Shown piece by piece: positions 55,161 through 64,000 of a DNA stretch of 64,000 nt. The position numbers were made by a program, and so were the translations under genes. The stretch is from a virus (Duplodnaviria; Caudoviricetes). Numbering within the stretch: position 1 is the stretch's first letter; each line of letters begins with the position of its first letter. The notes below the pieces were generated by a model that saw nothing but the letters and a program-made list of their open reading frames with translations, was not told the DNA's origin and ran no database searches. Where the stretch lies: IMG/VR virus record IMGVR_UViG_3300035502_001274, positions 32,001-96,000 of that record; one strand, 5' to 3'.

Positions 55161-55673
55161 ATGGTCAATTTGACACAGCATGACATGGTGAATGGTGCAT
55201 ATTGCACTTGTAGAGATTGCGAAATGACGCATCTCAAGTTCGCGCTGTTGAAGCTTTTGGAATACCTGGTCATCTTCCTGATCGGTGGCACAGTCTATGT
55301 GGGAATTGAGATCCTTTACAGGGGATACAGCCACTGGTCCATGTTTATTGTGGGCGGCATCTGCCTCATTGTCATTGGACTACTCAATGAAGGGCTCATT
55401 CCATCAAGCTGGGGCATTATCAAGCAGATGCTTCTAGGAGCTGTTATCATCACCTGCATTGAGTTCATCACAGGATGTATTGTGAACCTGGGACTTGGAC
55501 TGAATGTTTGGGACTACAGCAATCTGCCGTTGAATATCGCTGGGCAGATTTGCTTGCCTTTCTCCATCATCTGGTTCTTCCTGAGTTATGTAGCAATCAG
55601 AGTTGATGATGAGATCCGTTATCGCTTCTTTGGAGAGGCCAAACCCAAATACGTTCTCTGGAGCACCAAATGA
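55161..55673 (+). CDS. Membrane protein of the CmpB/'putative ABC transporter permease' type
   Basis: RGYSHWSMFIVGG...IEFITG...VWDYS..PLN..GQICL.FS with four transmembrane segments. ATG at 55161 after AAAGGAGG. Confidence 0.7.
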   Translation: MVNLTQHDMVNGAYCTCRDCEMTHLKFALLKLLEYLVIFLIGGTVYVGIEILYRGYSHWSMFIVGGICLIVIGLLNEGLIPSSWGIIKQMLLGAVIITCIEFITGCIVNLGLGLNVWDYSNLPLNIAGQICLPFSIIWFFLSYVAIRVDDEIRYRFFGEAKPKYVLWSTK

Positions 55674-55682
55674 GATCAAAAA

Positions 55683-55718
55683 AAAGAGACTACTACCATG
55701 ATTGGTAGTAGTCTCTTT
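55683..55718. terminator. Bidirectional terminator
   Basis: AAAGAGACTACTACCA / TGGTAGTAGTCTCTTT. Confidence 0.8.
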
Positions 55719-55729
55719 CACGGGCCCGC

Positions 55730-55999
55730 TCAACGGCGTTCTGCCCGAAGTTTATAGACCCGGTCCTGGCCGGCCCGCTTCATGGATGCGCACCACATGA
55801 AGTCGAGGCCGCCGATGGTGCAGCCTTCCTCAAAATCATAATTATCCCGTCTGGTATCGCGGGCGAATCGATCATAGCATTCCAAGGCATAATCCTTGTC
55901 TTCACCGGTAATGCCAGCCACTTCGAGAGCTGCGGTGGTTGCTTTCTTCAGCTCGTCAAGTGAGGTGGTCTTTGCTTTCTTTATCAATTTTGAGCTCAT
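55730..55999 (-). CDS. Small hypothetical protein
   Basis: ATG at 55999 after AAGGAG. Confidence 0.65.
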   Translation of the reverse strand: MSSKLIKKAKTTSLDELKKATTAALEVAGITGEDKDYALECYDRFARDTRRDNYDFEEGCTIGGLDFMWCASMKRAGQDRVYKLRAERR

Positions 56000-56072
56000 T
56001 GATAATTCACTCCTTACTAATATAAAGTAAAGTATAGATGTGTCAGTTCCAGTGTTAAAATTTAATACAGAT

Positions 56073-56354
56073 TTAGCTCTCAATGTAGGCGACTGTCAGA
56101 CGATAGTATCGAGGGAAAGTTGGCGGCAAGTCTATACTGGCGGTAAACATGAAGCCATAGCCGCCTGCAAAGCTTGCCCATTTCTCAGTATCATCTTCAG
56201 AGTATCTTGCGCGGAAAAGGAAATAGCGATAATCGAGATATACATGAAGTTTCTGAATGAAATTGAGCTTGGACTTTCGGAGACACTGATGAAATAACGT
56301 CTTGAACTTCCTACGAGACAGATTATCTTTCCTTACCATGACAGTGGGTTTCAT
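56073..56354 (-). CDS. Small basic hypothetical protein
   Basis: 93 aa, AAAGGAG SD. Confidence 0.65.
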   Translation of the reverse strand: MKPTVMVRKDNLSRRKFKTLFHQCLRKSKLNFIQKLHVYLDYRYFLFRARYSEDDTEKWASFAGGYGFMFTASIDLPPTFPRYYRLTVAYIES

Positions 56355-56412
56355 AATACACTCCTTTCTTGATGAAAATGAAGCTACTACCTTTGATGGT
56401 AGTAGCTTCGCC

Positions 56413-56844
56413 TTAGGTTAAGTAGAGATCGGAAAGGGACTTGATGCGCTCAATGGCTTGGGCCGGTGTATGGCCGTCAAACTCGGGCGCTCTTTCCAAC
56501 TCCTTGCACTGAAACATATCCCAATATGGATCCACATCGTAATGATATGTGGCCTGGCCCTGTGGGGTCTCGATACCCACGATGAACATGCCGTCATACA
56601 TGGGTTCATTTGGATCATTGTGTTGCTTGGACTTCCAGGCCAGTTCTCTGAAAATGGGGTTATTCACCAACGTTGCAAAGAGAATGGCCCGGTGATGATA
56701 GAGCTCATTGAAAGTATGATAGCCGTCAGAGACTTCTCCCACTTCATAACCAGCATCTTTAGCTCTACTGATGATCTTGCTGATCGATTCCGCAGTGTAA
56801 GGGTTGGGAGCAGCCATCTTTTGGCTGAAATCATCGAAACTCAT
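56413..56844 (-). CDS. Conserved phage protein (DGYHTFxELY...FDGH, WDGH-like)
   Basis: SDGYHTFNELYHHR...GQATYHY...APEFDGHT. Confidence 0.65.
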   Translation of the reverse strand: MSFDDFSQKMAAPNPYTAESISKIISRAKDAGYEVGEVSDGYHTFNELYHHRAILFATLVNNPIFRELAWKSKQHNDPNEPMYDGMFIVGIETPQGQATYHYDVDPYWDMFQCKELERAPEFDGHTPAQAIERIKSLSDLYLT

Positions 56845-56871
56845 GTCAGATTGGTCCTTTCTGTAGTGATG

Positions 56872-57648
56872 TTAACTAGCAATGCCCGTGGATAGAGTCT
56901 CCTGGGGAGGTAATGGCGCCGGCTCTTCACCGGCTTCAATCTCCCGCTGACGGGCCAAAGCATCTTTCCATTCCTCCGGAACTTCAGGATAGTTAAATCC
57001 ATCCACTTCCACATAGGTTACCAGAGGGTTATCCAAGATGTCCGATTGTATCTTATTGCACTTCCGTGAAAGGTCCACCTTGAGCTGGATAATCTCTTTC
57101 ACGTAGTCACTAATCCAGGGTTCATACTCGTTGGCAAACAGATCGTATCTTTGATAGATATACTGCAGAGGCAGTGCAATCCGATCAGAGTGTACCAGTT
57201 CATGAGCAGTCACCGACAGAGGAATGAGTCCAACCCAGCCCTTGTAGTGCAGGTCCATGATCTCGTCCGCAATCAGATAGGGGCTCAGAGATTCATCCAA
57301 GTCCTGCCGCTTACTAATCACCGTATCGGTAATCCAAGAGAGCTGGAACGGCTCATGATGGATCTCGATGGAGTATTTCTTCCCGTTTCCATTGACGATG
57401 CCCGGAAACACTTCGCAGTGGGACATGTCAAAGTGCTCTTTGAGATACTTAATGTAATCTCTATATTCGTCAGAGGATCGCACGATACGTTCCACCTTGG
57501 TGACGAACTTGCGACGTTCTCTGGCGCTTCTATCCATGAAGCGAGGACGCTCTGGTCCCTCTTCAATCTGGATGTTAAGGGTCTGCCTTTCCCGCTCTAC
57601 ACGGGGCTTTGTGGCTTTGCTATTTCGATAGAGTACCATCACACTCAC
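56872..57648 (-). CDS. Jumbo-phage protein with an HNH-like motif (paralog of 37120-37800)
   Basis: KFVTKVERIVRSSDEYRDY...C...IEIHHEP...LSVTAHELVH; GACA-N6-TA at 57683-57694. Confidence 0.6.
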   Translation of the reverse strand: MSVMVLYRNSKATKPRVERERQTLNIQIEEGPERPRFMDRSARERRKFVTKVERIVRSSDEYRDYIKYLKEHFDMSHCEVFPGIVNGNGKKYSIEIHHEPFQLSWITDTVISKRQDLDESLSPYLIADEIMDLHYKGWVGLIPLSVTAHELVHSDRIALPLQYIYQRYDLFANEYEPWISDYVKEIIQLKVDLSRKCNKIQSDILDNPLVTYVEVDGFNYPEVPEEWKDALARQREIEAGEEPAPLPPQETLSTGIAS

Positions 57649-57862
57649 CTCACATTAAAAACGGCTTCTACGAAAAATAGCTTACGTAGATGTCGTGAGT
57701 TACTGATGTCTGACGGAGCACTTTTTGAAATTTGAGGCACTTTTCATTTTCGTGAAACATCTAAGAAATGTTTGTAGTCTTGCCCGCCCGCTCCTTAATC
57801 CTCTATATAAGGTTGAATGCGCCGCAGGCGAGCGCGCCGCCTGCGGCGGCTTAAGCGCCTTC

Positions 57863-58375
57863 ATGGCCAACGGAATTTTAGTGCCATTTAACGGCAGTAC
57901 TAATGGTGATGTGCAAAGTATCACCACGTCATATAGCGTATCTGCTACGGTTACGGGAGTTACATCTCTGAGTACTGGCAATAAAGGATCGACACGAGTC
58001 AGCATCAAGTCATTTGATAGTGTCGATGCAGATATTGCTATAATTACAATGCCGCAATTATCGGTTGCTGGTACAACATATTTCAGGTCCGATAATACGC
58101 AGTCTACAGTATGCTTATATTGGGAAATTACAAATTACAGTAGTTCATATACAAGTAGCAAGAGCAATATCGTTACGTATACGACAAATGGAGCATCTGC
58201 AACATTAACAGTTCCATCGTTTCGACTGATGATTACGCATACAACTAGCCCAATCGCAATCTATATCGTTGTGTATTGGACAAGCACGGCTTCGGGAGAT
58301 CGGTATGGCGGTGGATTTACTGCAAAGACATCGTCCAATATCACATTTAATTGCCGGCTGATCACTTTTGCATGA
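57863..58375 (+). CDS. Ser/Thr-rich beta-type protein (tail-fibre-tip-like), start uncertain
   Basis: AT-rich codon usage unlike its neighbours, no SD, GC hairpin at 57820-57848 upstream. Confidence 0.45.
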   Translation: MANGILVPFNGSTNGDVQSITTSYSVSATVTGVTSLSTGNKGSTRVSIKSFDSVDADIAIITMPQLSVAGTTYFRSDNTQSTVCLYWEITNYSSSYTSSKSNIVTYTTNGASATLTVPSFRLMITHTTSPIAIYIVVYWTSTASGDRYGGGFTAKTSSNITFNCRLITFA

Positions 58376-58377
58376 AC

Positions 58378-58415
58378 TAAAGGAGACTAGAACCTTCTAG
58401 GTTCTAGTCTCTTTA
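58378..58415. terminator. Bidirectional terminator
   Basis: GAGACTAGAACC / GGTTCTAGTCTC. Confidence 0.75.
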
Positions 58416-58422
58416 AGTCGCC

Positions 58423-59136
58423 TTAGAGCATCGCTCTCGTGGGAATGCAAAAGCCAGTATTGGCAGCTTCGGCGTACTCTTCGGTACAGCCGTAGTTATT
58501 GGGCACGATCCGCCCAGTCCACTGGCTATTCAGCGCTCCACATTCTCTGCCAGTCAATCCACCATAGAAGGTGCAATTGTATGGCATGTGAATCTGGTCA
58601 TAGTGATCGGTGGAGGTCATCAACTTGGTGAGCTTTTCGGCGTCCATGTACATGCAGAAGACGATATAGGAATCATCTCGGCAGACATAGATGTCATAGA
58701 AGCGATGATTTTCATCCCTACTGGAGCTCAACTTGAACTCAATGGTGGTTCCTCCAATATCACTTGCCAGATAGTTATTGGTCATCTGTGCCATCTCAAA
58801 GAGGACGTTGGCAGGTGTGGTCGCGATGTGCTCTGGATAGTACCACTTCACAGACTTCTTGATCTTCATGAGATCGGTCACCAGCCGGAAAACATCAGAG
58901 ATGAAAAGTACGTCCATGGACGGCACTATCAGCTTAATACGCTGGAAGCTCATGTGGGAAGCCAGAGCGAAGGCCTCCTTATAGCAGCCAGGCGTTAACA
59001 GGATCAGAATCAGCTCTTGCTGGTTCTCATCCGTGATTGCATAAATGCTGTCCCCATAACACCTCAGGTCCGAGTAGGGCTCTCGATAAATACCGATATA
59101 CCCTGCTGTGCATAATGTAGACATGAGAAATGTCAC
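58423..59136 (-). CDS. Hypothetical protein
   Basis: 237-aa ORF. Confidence 0.7.
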   Translation of the reverse strand: MTFLMSTLCTAGYIGIYREPYSDLRCYGDSIYAITDENQQELILILLTPGCYKEAFALASHMSFQRIKLIVPSMDVLFISDVFRLVTDLMKIKKSVKWYYPEHIATTPANVLFEMAQMTNNYLASDIGGTTIEFKLSSSRDENHRFYDIYVCRDDSYIVFCMYMDAEKLTKLMTSTDHYDQIHMPYNCTFYGGLTGRECGALNSQWTGRIVPNNYGCTEEYAEAANTGFCIPTRAML

Positions 59137-59170
59137 ATCCTTTCACTAAGCAGATAAACTACCTCGTGCG

Positions 59171-59536
59171 TTACAGGGGTGTTTTAGTGGAGCCGTTATA
59201 GGAGGACTCTCCCTTCATGTAGGGCGCTACCATGATGCGCAGTTTATCGCCCAGCTTCACCGTGCCAACCAGGCCGTTCTCATAGACGACCTCAATGCGC
59301 TCTTCGCAGGTCTCCACATCTCTGATGATGCCCACGGACTTGACGGCATTGACCATCATATCAATGTCGGCCCAATCTGCCGTCAGAGGCTGATCTGTCA
59401 CGCCATTGATATCCATGAAGAAGTTCACGGTGGGATTGACCGGCCGGTCATCAATCAGCACGATGGTATTTTCGCATCCACGATACTGGTTGGTGGTGCC
59501 AATTCTGGTAGAGTTCAGGATAATTTCATGATTCAT
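59171..59536 (-). CDS. Hypothetical protein
   Basis: ATG at 59536 after GGGAGGT. Confidence 0.7.
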   Translation of the reverse strand: MNHEIILNSTRIGTTNQYRGCENTIVLIDDRPVNPTVNFFMDINGVTDQPLTADWADIDMMVNAVKSVGIIRDVETCEERIEVVYENGLVGTVKLGDKLRIMVAPYMKGESSYNGSTKTPL

Positions 59537-59631
59537 AATACTTACCTCCCTTAAAAGTTGGAATACCATGTTGTCATCACGGATCTACCTAAAGAGTATG
59601 TCTCTTAAAGTGCGGAGAAATACGTCCAAAA

Positions 59632-59643
59632 AACACCCTCATA
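59632..59643 (+). promoter_or_regulatory. Putative late promoter AACA-N6-TA
   Basis: AACAccctcaTA. Confidence 0.65.
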
Positions 59644-59678
59644 ACGTCACAACGTTCAGAAAGGGTGACTCTAATCTT

Positions 59679-62600
59679 ATGGCAAATCCGGATATTTCCG
59701 CGAAGTCATTTCTGAATGAGTTGATGGACATCTCCCTTCATCTGATTTGGAAAGATCCGTATTATGTGGTGGCCAATGAGTCGGCAGAGACCAAGATGGA
59801 AGCCGAAGCCTATGTGGCTGCTCGTAATGGCGATCTCTATTTTAACTCGGTTTACCAGTTTCATGAAGAAGTTCTTCAGGGATTCTTTCCCGATCCGGAT
59901 GAATTGGCCATTGTGCTTCTCAATAAGAGAATGATTCCCGATGAGCTGCGAGATGCCATCGTTCAAGCTGAAGCAGAATATCTGATCGACTATTGGGAGA
60001 ATAGAGATGGTGAGACCAACGCCTACTATAGAATGCTGTTTGGTCTGCCTCCCATAGACACCGATGAGTCTGATTATGTCTATAATACCCGTTACGCTGA
60101 TATCGATATGACCACGCCCATCCATAAGCTGCCCTACACAGAGCGGCTGAAGTTGGAGAATCGTGGCTATCTGGACGAGCTGATGGCCGAAGAGGCCAAC
60201 GCTGATAAACTCTATCTCAAATACCTCGGCAAATATCGCATCTATCCCTATGTGGCACGGCAAGCTGAAAACTTCCAGCTGCTCTATGTGCAACCTTCCA
60301 ACTACGACTACCTGCGCAATGACTTCATCGATACTTATGAAGAAGCACGGAGAATGGTGATTCGTGTCTATTACAATGACGCCTATCGCAATAACTCCCA
60401 CCTCTATGAGGGCTTCTTGGGCATGTGCATTCTCTTCATTACCCAGCAGCGAATGTATGCCAAGTATCTGGAAGCCGATGTGGACCGGAACTTCTATGAC
60501 CTTCAGTCCTTGAAGCTGGTCTACGATGCGTATGGGATGCCCTTCTACTCATCCATTCCTTTGAAGTATCATGAGAAGATCGTGAAGCACATGAATGAGC
60601 TCATCTCTTATAAGGGCTCTACGCAAGTCTTCTACGACCTTTTCGATCTATTTGACTTCGGTAAAATGGACGTCTTTGAATACTTCTTGGTGAAGGAACG
60701 TAAAACAGATAGCGACGGCAATCCTGTCTTCCGGGACAAGGACGGCAATGCACTGTCTGAAGAGGATAAATGGAACCTGCGCTTCGCCAAAGTGGGATGG
60801 AAAGATAACAAGTTCGTCGAGGTCACTGACCCTGACAATGTCGTGGAGTATGACAAGTTGACGACCGTCGATCCTTACTGGGTTGAAGATAGCAACTTGA
60901 AGAAGAAGCTCTATGAGAGCGACTGGAACTATTTCCATTCCAAGTACATGGGCGTTCAGCTGATGTTTGAGCTGTCCAAACTTCTCTTTGAGATGTGCTA
61001 CTTCCTGCATTTGCTGGAAGATAATCGCTCTACGCTCAGCAAGTTGACTACCTACTACTCCATGATTGCCGAAGATGTACCCATCTTTGATATGGTGATC
61101 TACACCATCGCCGTGATGTGCAAGAATGCTGGCTATACTGGAGAAATTCCGTCCGACCCAGCGTCCGTTGCTGCCATATACGGCTTCAACTTCAAGGAAT
61201 ATAACTCCTTGATGAAGATGGGCACTGAAGACATGTCTGATTTTGTGGTCAACTTCAAGAAAGAATGCACCGACTTTGCCAAAGCCAATGCTGCTCTGGC
61301 TGCCGATGATACACTTCTCTGGTTGATTGATCACATTACAGGAGGCGCATTCAACTACCTGGGAGATGATTTCCCCTATAACGAATGGGGATATGCTCCC
61401 AGTCCTGTCTTTTTGAAGGATTACTGGCCGACCCGCAATAGTGTGGAAGCCGTTCGATCCTACCTCAAGGGAACCATTGACGTCCTGAAAAGTGACGCCA
61501 CTCTGTCTGAGTTTGAAATCATTCAGCTCTATCAGAGGCTGGTTACCAAAGACAACTATGAATTCAAAGTCCTGACGGATCCTTCCTTGGGAGACCAGGG
61601 ATATGAGACATTCTTGCTCAAGAATAGGGACTTTGATGAAGAGGACGTGCAAACTCTGCGCAATGCAGTGATTGCATCCTATGAGCACATGCTTGCCTGG
61701 ATGATCAAGTTGCTTGATACCCGGAGAGCGCTCACCTATGATCCTCATATTATGGAGCTCATCAATAACATGAACGTGGATAGCGTCGATGACGTTGATC
61801 GGCTCTATAAGAATATGGAAGAGCTGGACGAGTACCTGTCCTATAGAATTAGAAAGGCCCAGCATAAGGACGAATATGAAGCCTTTGCCAATCTGCGAAA
61901 GATCTTGATGACCACCCATCTGGTGACTGAGACCTTCACCAAGCGGAATGGAGAAGTGGCTTCCACCTATGAAGACCTTCTGCAGGATATCAACTCCACG
62001 CTCTATAATAGACTCAATAACGATGACCTGGATATGGAGACGGAAGAGCAATATGCCATCCAGACGCTAATGAAGCTCTGTGATGATCTGGAACTGATGG
62101 AAAGTATGAATACAGATAACATCAGAAGGATCGTCGAGCATCTCTTCAAGATTCTGGCCTTCATCAAGTCTGCCAAAGTAGACCTGACAGAGTTCCAGAT
62201 CATCTACCTCATCACTGATAGAGGCATGAACTATATCAAACTCATTGGTGAGCTCTGGGAGCAAGATGTTACACATCTGCCCTGGAAGGTCGATCCCGAT
62301 AAGTTCTATCTGTTGGATAATGGAATGCCCTGGGCTATCTTTATCGTCCAGTATTTCTTAGACAGAGTTTATTTGGTAGACCAAAAACATGCCATGAAAG
62401 TCCAGTACTTGCTGACTTCCAGCTTCGAAGATTTGACAGATTTGCTCCTTCAAAATGTGGAGCAGTATGGCTACTCTTCCCTGGAATATCTCTTTGACTG
62501 GTTGCATGACGAAGTCCTGCATATCAAGGTACTGGAAGATGCGCGGTTCTTTGAACTCATCAAGACCGACACAGAAGGCATGACACCCACCAGTGACTTT

Positions 62601-62834
62601 GATTGGAGTACGACCCTGAAGCAGATTGGTGATATGATCGTGAAGATCGCTGACGGGATCATGCTGCAAATCAAGAATAATCACTTTGAGTTGACAGACG
62701 CCCAAGTGGAACATCTCGATCTCATGACCGATGAGTTCCATTTGGCAGTCATCAATGAAGAGCCTATCAACGACGCCATTATGATGCAAGATACCCTCAT
62801 TAAGGTGGAGGATTCGTCAGAGGACGTAACTTGA
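59679..62834 (+). CDS. Large virion structural protein, probable baseplate wedge subunit (gp7/gpI-like)
   Basis: IVKHMNELISYKGSTQVF resembles the gpI/gp7 'xxKGT' motif. Late promoter; ATG at 59679. Confidence 0.5.
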   Translation: MANPDISAKSFLNELMDISLHLIWKDPYYVVANESAETKMEAEAYVAARNGDLYFNSVYQFHEEVLQGFFPDPDELAIVLLNKRMIPDELRDAIVQAEAEYLIDYWENRDGETNAYYRMLFGLPPIDTDESDYVYNTRYADIDMTTPIHKLPYTERLKLENRGYLDELMAEEANADKLYLKYLGKYRIYPYVARQAENFQLLYVQPSNYDYLRNDFIDTYEEARRMVIRVYYNDAYRNNSHLYEGFLGMCILFITQQRMYAKYLEADVDRNFYDLQSLKLVYDAYGMPFYSSIPLKYHEKIVKHMNELISYKGSTQVFYDLFDLFDFGKMDVFEYFLVKERKTDSDGNPVFRDKDGNALSEEDKWNLRFAKVGWKDNKFVEVTDPDNVVEYDKLTTVDPYWVEDSNLKKKLYESDWNYFHSKYMGVQLMFELSKLLFEMCYFLHLLEDNRSTLSKLTTYYSMIAEDVPIFDMVIYTIAVMCKNAGYTGEIPSDPASVAAIYGFNFKEYNSLMKMGTEDMSDFVVNFKKECTDFAKANAALAADDTLLWLIDHITGGAFNYLGDDFPYNEWGYAPSPVFLKDYWPTRNSVEAVRSYLKGTIDVLKSDATLSEFEIIQLYQRLVTKDNYEFKVLTDPSLGDQGYETFLLKNRDFDEEDVQTLRNAVIASYEHMLAWMIKLLDTRRALTYDPHIMELINNMNVDSVDDVDRLYKNMEELDEYLSYRIRKAQHKDEYEAFANLRKILMTTHLVTETFTKRNGEVASTYEDLLQDINSTLYNRLNNDDLDMETEEQYAIQTLMKLCDDLELMESMNTDNIRRIVEHLFKILAFIKSAKVDLTEFQIIYLITDRGMNYIKLIGELWEQDVTHLPWKVDPDKFYLLDNGMPWAIFIVQYFLDRVYLVDQKHAMKVQYLLTSSFEDLTDLLLQNVEQYGYSSLEYLFDWLHDEVLHIKVLEDARFFELIKTDTEGMTPTSDFDWSTTLKQIGDMIVKIADGIMLQIKNNHFELTDAQVEHLDLMTDEFHLAVINEEPINDAIMMQDTLIKVEDSSEDVT

Positions 62835-62843
62835 TGGCTCCCA

Positions 62844-62855
62844 AACATCCTGATA
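62844..62855 (+). promoter_or_regulatory. Putative late promoter AACA-N6-TA
   Basis: AACAtcctgaTAatcg. Confidence 0.7.
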
Positions 62856-62899
62856 ATCGTTTGAAATAATAAATTCCTTGTATGAGGAGGCTTTCCCTT

Positions 62900-63757
62900 A
62901 TGGAAAATATCCGTATGCTGAAGGATGCCATGATTCCCCTGGACAAGATGATGCCCAAGCATAATCAAAATTCCAAGGTGGCCAAGGGCATTCTTTACCG
63001 TGACGACGGCGTGGACGGTTTTGGACGCCGGATCTTCACCAAGGTTGCTGAGAATACAGTGACGCTGGGCGGCGCCATCGCTGCGCTGGAGCGTCTGACC
63101 AATGTGGAGTCCTCTTTCAGGCCCAATACCCTGAACCACATCATGAGCCTGAATGACGGCTACACCTACAACCTGAACTCCACGCCCATCGCTCTATTTG
63201 GATGCGGCATTGGCGGCGCTGGCATGACCTTCGGCGATGTTTATGATCCCGACGTCAAGCAGAATAACATCGCCCAGCTGATCCCCATGATGGTGTCTGC
63301 CAATGAGCTGACCGGCACTGAGGCCGACAAGTACATGATGCGGACTACTGTCAAGACGACCGATGGTACCAAGCTGAACTGCTGGTATCTGAAGGAGTTT
63401 GATACTGTCGCTCGTATCACTTCCCTGTGGAAGGATGCGCCGGCGGAGAACGAAGATGGCTCCGAAATTGTGGAAGACATCTCCGACAGCGAGTCTGAGA
63501 ACGGCGTGGAATCTTTCGCGCAGTTCAAGTTGGCTCTCAACGATGATGACTGCCGGAGCTACTTCGAGGCAATGGGCATGCTGCCCCAGGCCCGCTTCAA
63601 CAGCATCGGCCTGTACGTCGGTGAAAAGGTGATCCTGGACGACGGCAGCACCGATTACGTGAACGTGAGCCTCTTCTCTGTGGTCAATATCAATAACGAG
63701 GCATTGGCCGAGAGAAAGAGCCTGGTTTACTACTACAGAGTCTACGCCATGATTTAA
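62900..63757 (+). CDS. Virion structural protein (baseplate/tail-associated)
   Basis: ATG at 62900 after GAGGAGG, late promoter, follows the wedge-like gene. Confidence 0.55.
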   Translation: MENIRMLKDAMIPLDKMMPKHNQNSKVAKGILYRDDGVDGFGRRIFTKVAENTVTLGGAIAALERLTNVESSFRPNTLNHIMSLNDGYTYNLNSTPIALFGCGIGGAGMTFGDVYDPDVKQNNIAQLIPMMVSANELTGTEADKYMMRTTVKTTDGTKLNCWYLKEFDTVARITSLWKDAPAENEDGSEIVEDISDSESENGVESFAQFKLALNDDDCRSYFEAMGMLPQARFNSIGLYVGEKVILDDGSTDYVNVSLFSVVNINNEALAERKSLVYYYRVYAMI

Positions 63758-63763
63758 CGGCAA

Positions 63764-63797
63764 AAAAGAAGACTACCATTTCTGGTAGTCTTCTTTT
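63764..63797. terminator. Bidirectional terminator
   Basis: AAAAGAAGACTACCA / TGGTAGTCTTCTTTT. Confidence 0.8.
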
Positions 63798-64000
63798 CAG
63801 CCCTCCAGGATGCGAGTATGCACCCAGTAGTTCTTCATTTTGTAGGAGCGATCTTCCGTTACATCGGCGATAAGGCCGTCGAACGGATACTGGTAAGCGA
63901 GCGCTTCTTCCTCACTATCGAATTCCACTTCAGCGTAGTAGAACTCCGAAGCCGAGCCGGCATCCACACGAGCCACCACAACTTCATGCCCGTTATCATT
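63797..64000 (-). CDS. CYTH-domain protein (C-terminal part, 5'-truncated)
   Basis: YAEVEFDSEEEA...DVTEDRSYK matches the CYTH C-terminal pattern (EVEF...DVT.D..Y). Confidence 0.7.
   Translation of the reverse strand, partial: NDNGHEVVVARVDAGSASEFYYAEVEFDSEEEALAYQYPFDGLIADVTEDRSYKMKNYWVHTRILEG

Noticed and set aside
57725-57862. N-terminal extension of the 57725 ORF
   Set aside because: It translates a GC hairpin and intergenic sequence, and the TTG start has no SD.
1-64000. Stop-codon reassignment
   Set aside because: Coding density is high under the standard code, long genes are intact, and no suppressor tRNA was seen.

Overview
This window is 64 kb of a jumbo myophage genome of the AR9/PBS1/phiKZ type, about 50% GC. 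The host is probably a Firmicute, inferred from strong GGAGG Shine-Dalgarno (SD) sites and Gram-positive-type cell-wall hydrolase domains. It encodes a split multisubunit RNA polymerase beta-like subunit, baseplate proteins, a 2876-aa tail/tape-measure-like protein with three peptidoglycan-hydrolase domains, head proteins with A-x-E protease sites, RusA-like, GNAT, kinase-like, PolB-palm-like, MazF/PemK-like, Nudix and CYTH proteins, tRNA-Ser(TGA), a tRNA-like RNA with an AAT anticodon, and an AT-rich origin-like region. Two phage promoter motifs are visible: late (A/C/G)ACA-N6-TA and early (C/T/G)ATAT(C/T)AT. The most unusual signals are: (1) a DIP1984-like helical protein gene followed by a closed ~380-nt RNA with ~11 tandem 7-nt units and a tRNA T-arm mimic; (2) a ~800-nt non-coding element flanked by direct repeats that carries two colinear blocks matching the origin-like region 30 kb away; (3) a portable 'A-x-E|G + amphipathic basic helix' capsid-cargo module, found both as a duplicated gene leader and inside a polyprotein-like head protein. 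All protein calls come from motifs recognised by eye; no searches or folding programs were run.
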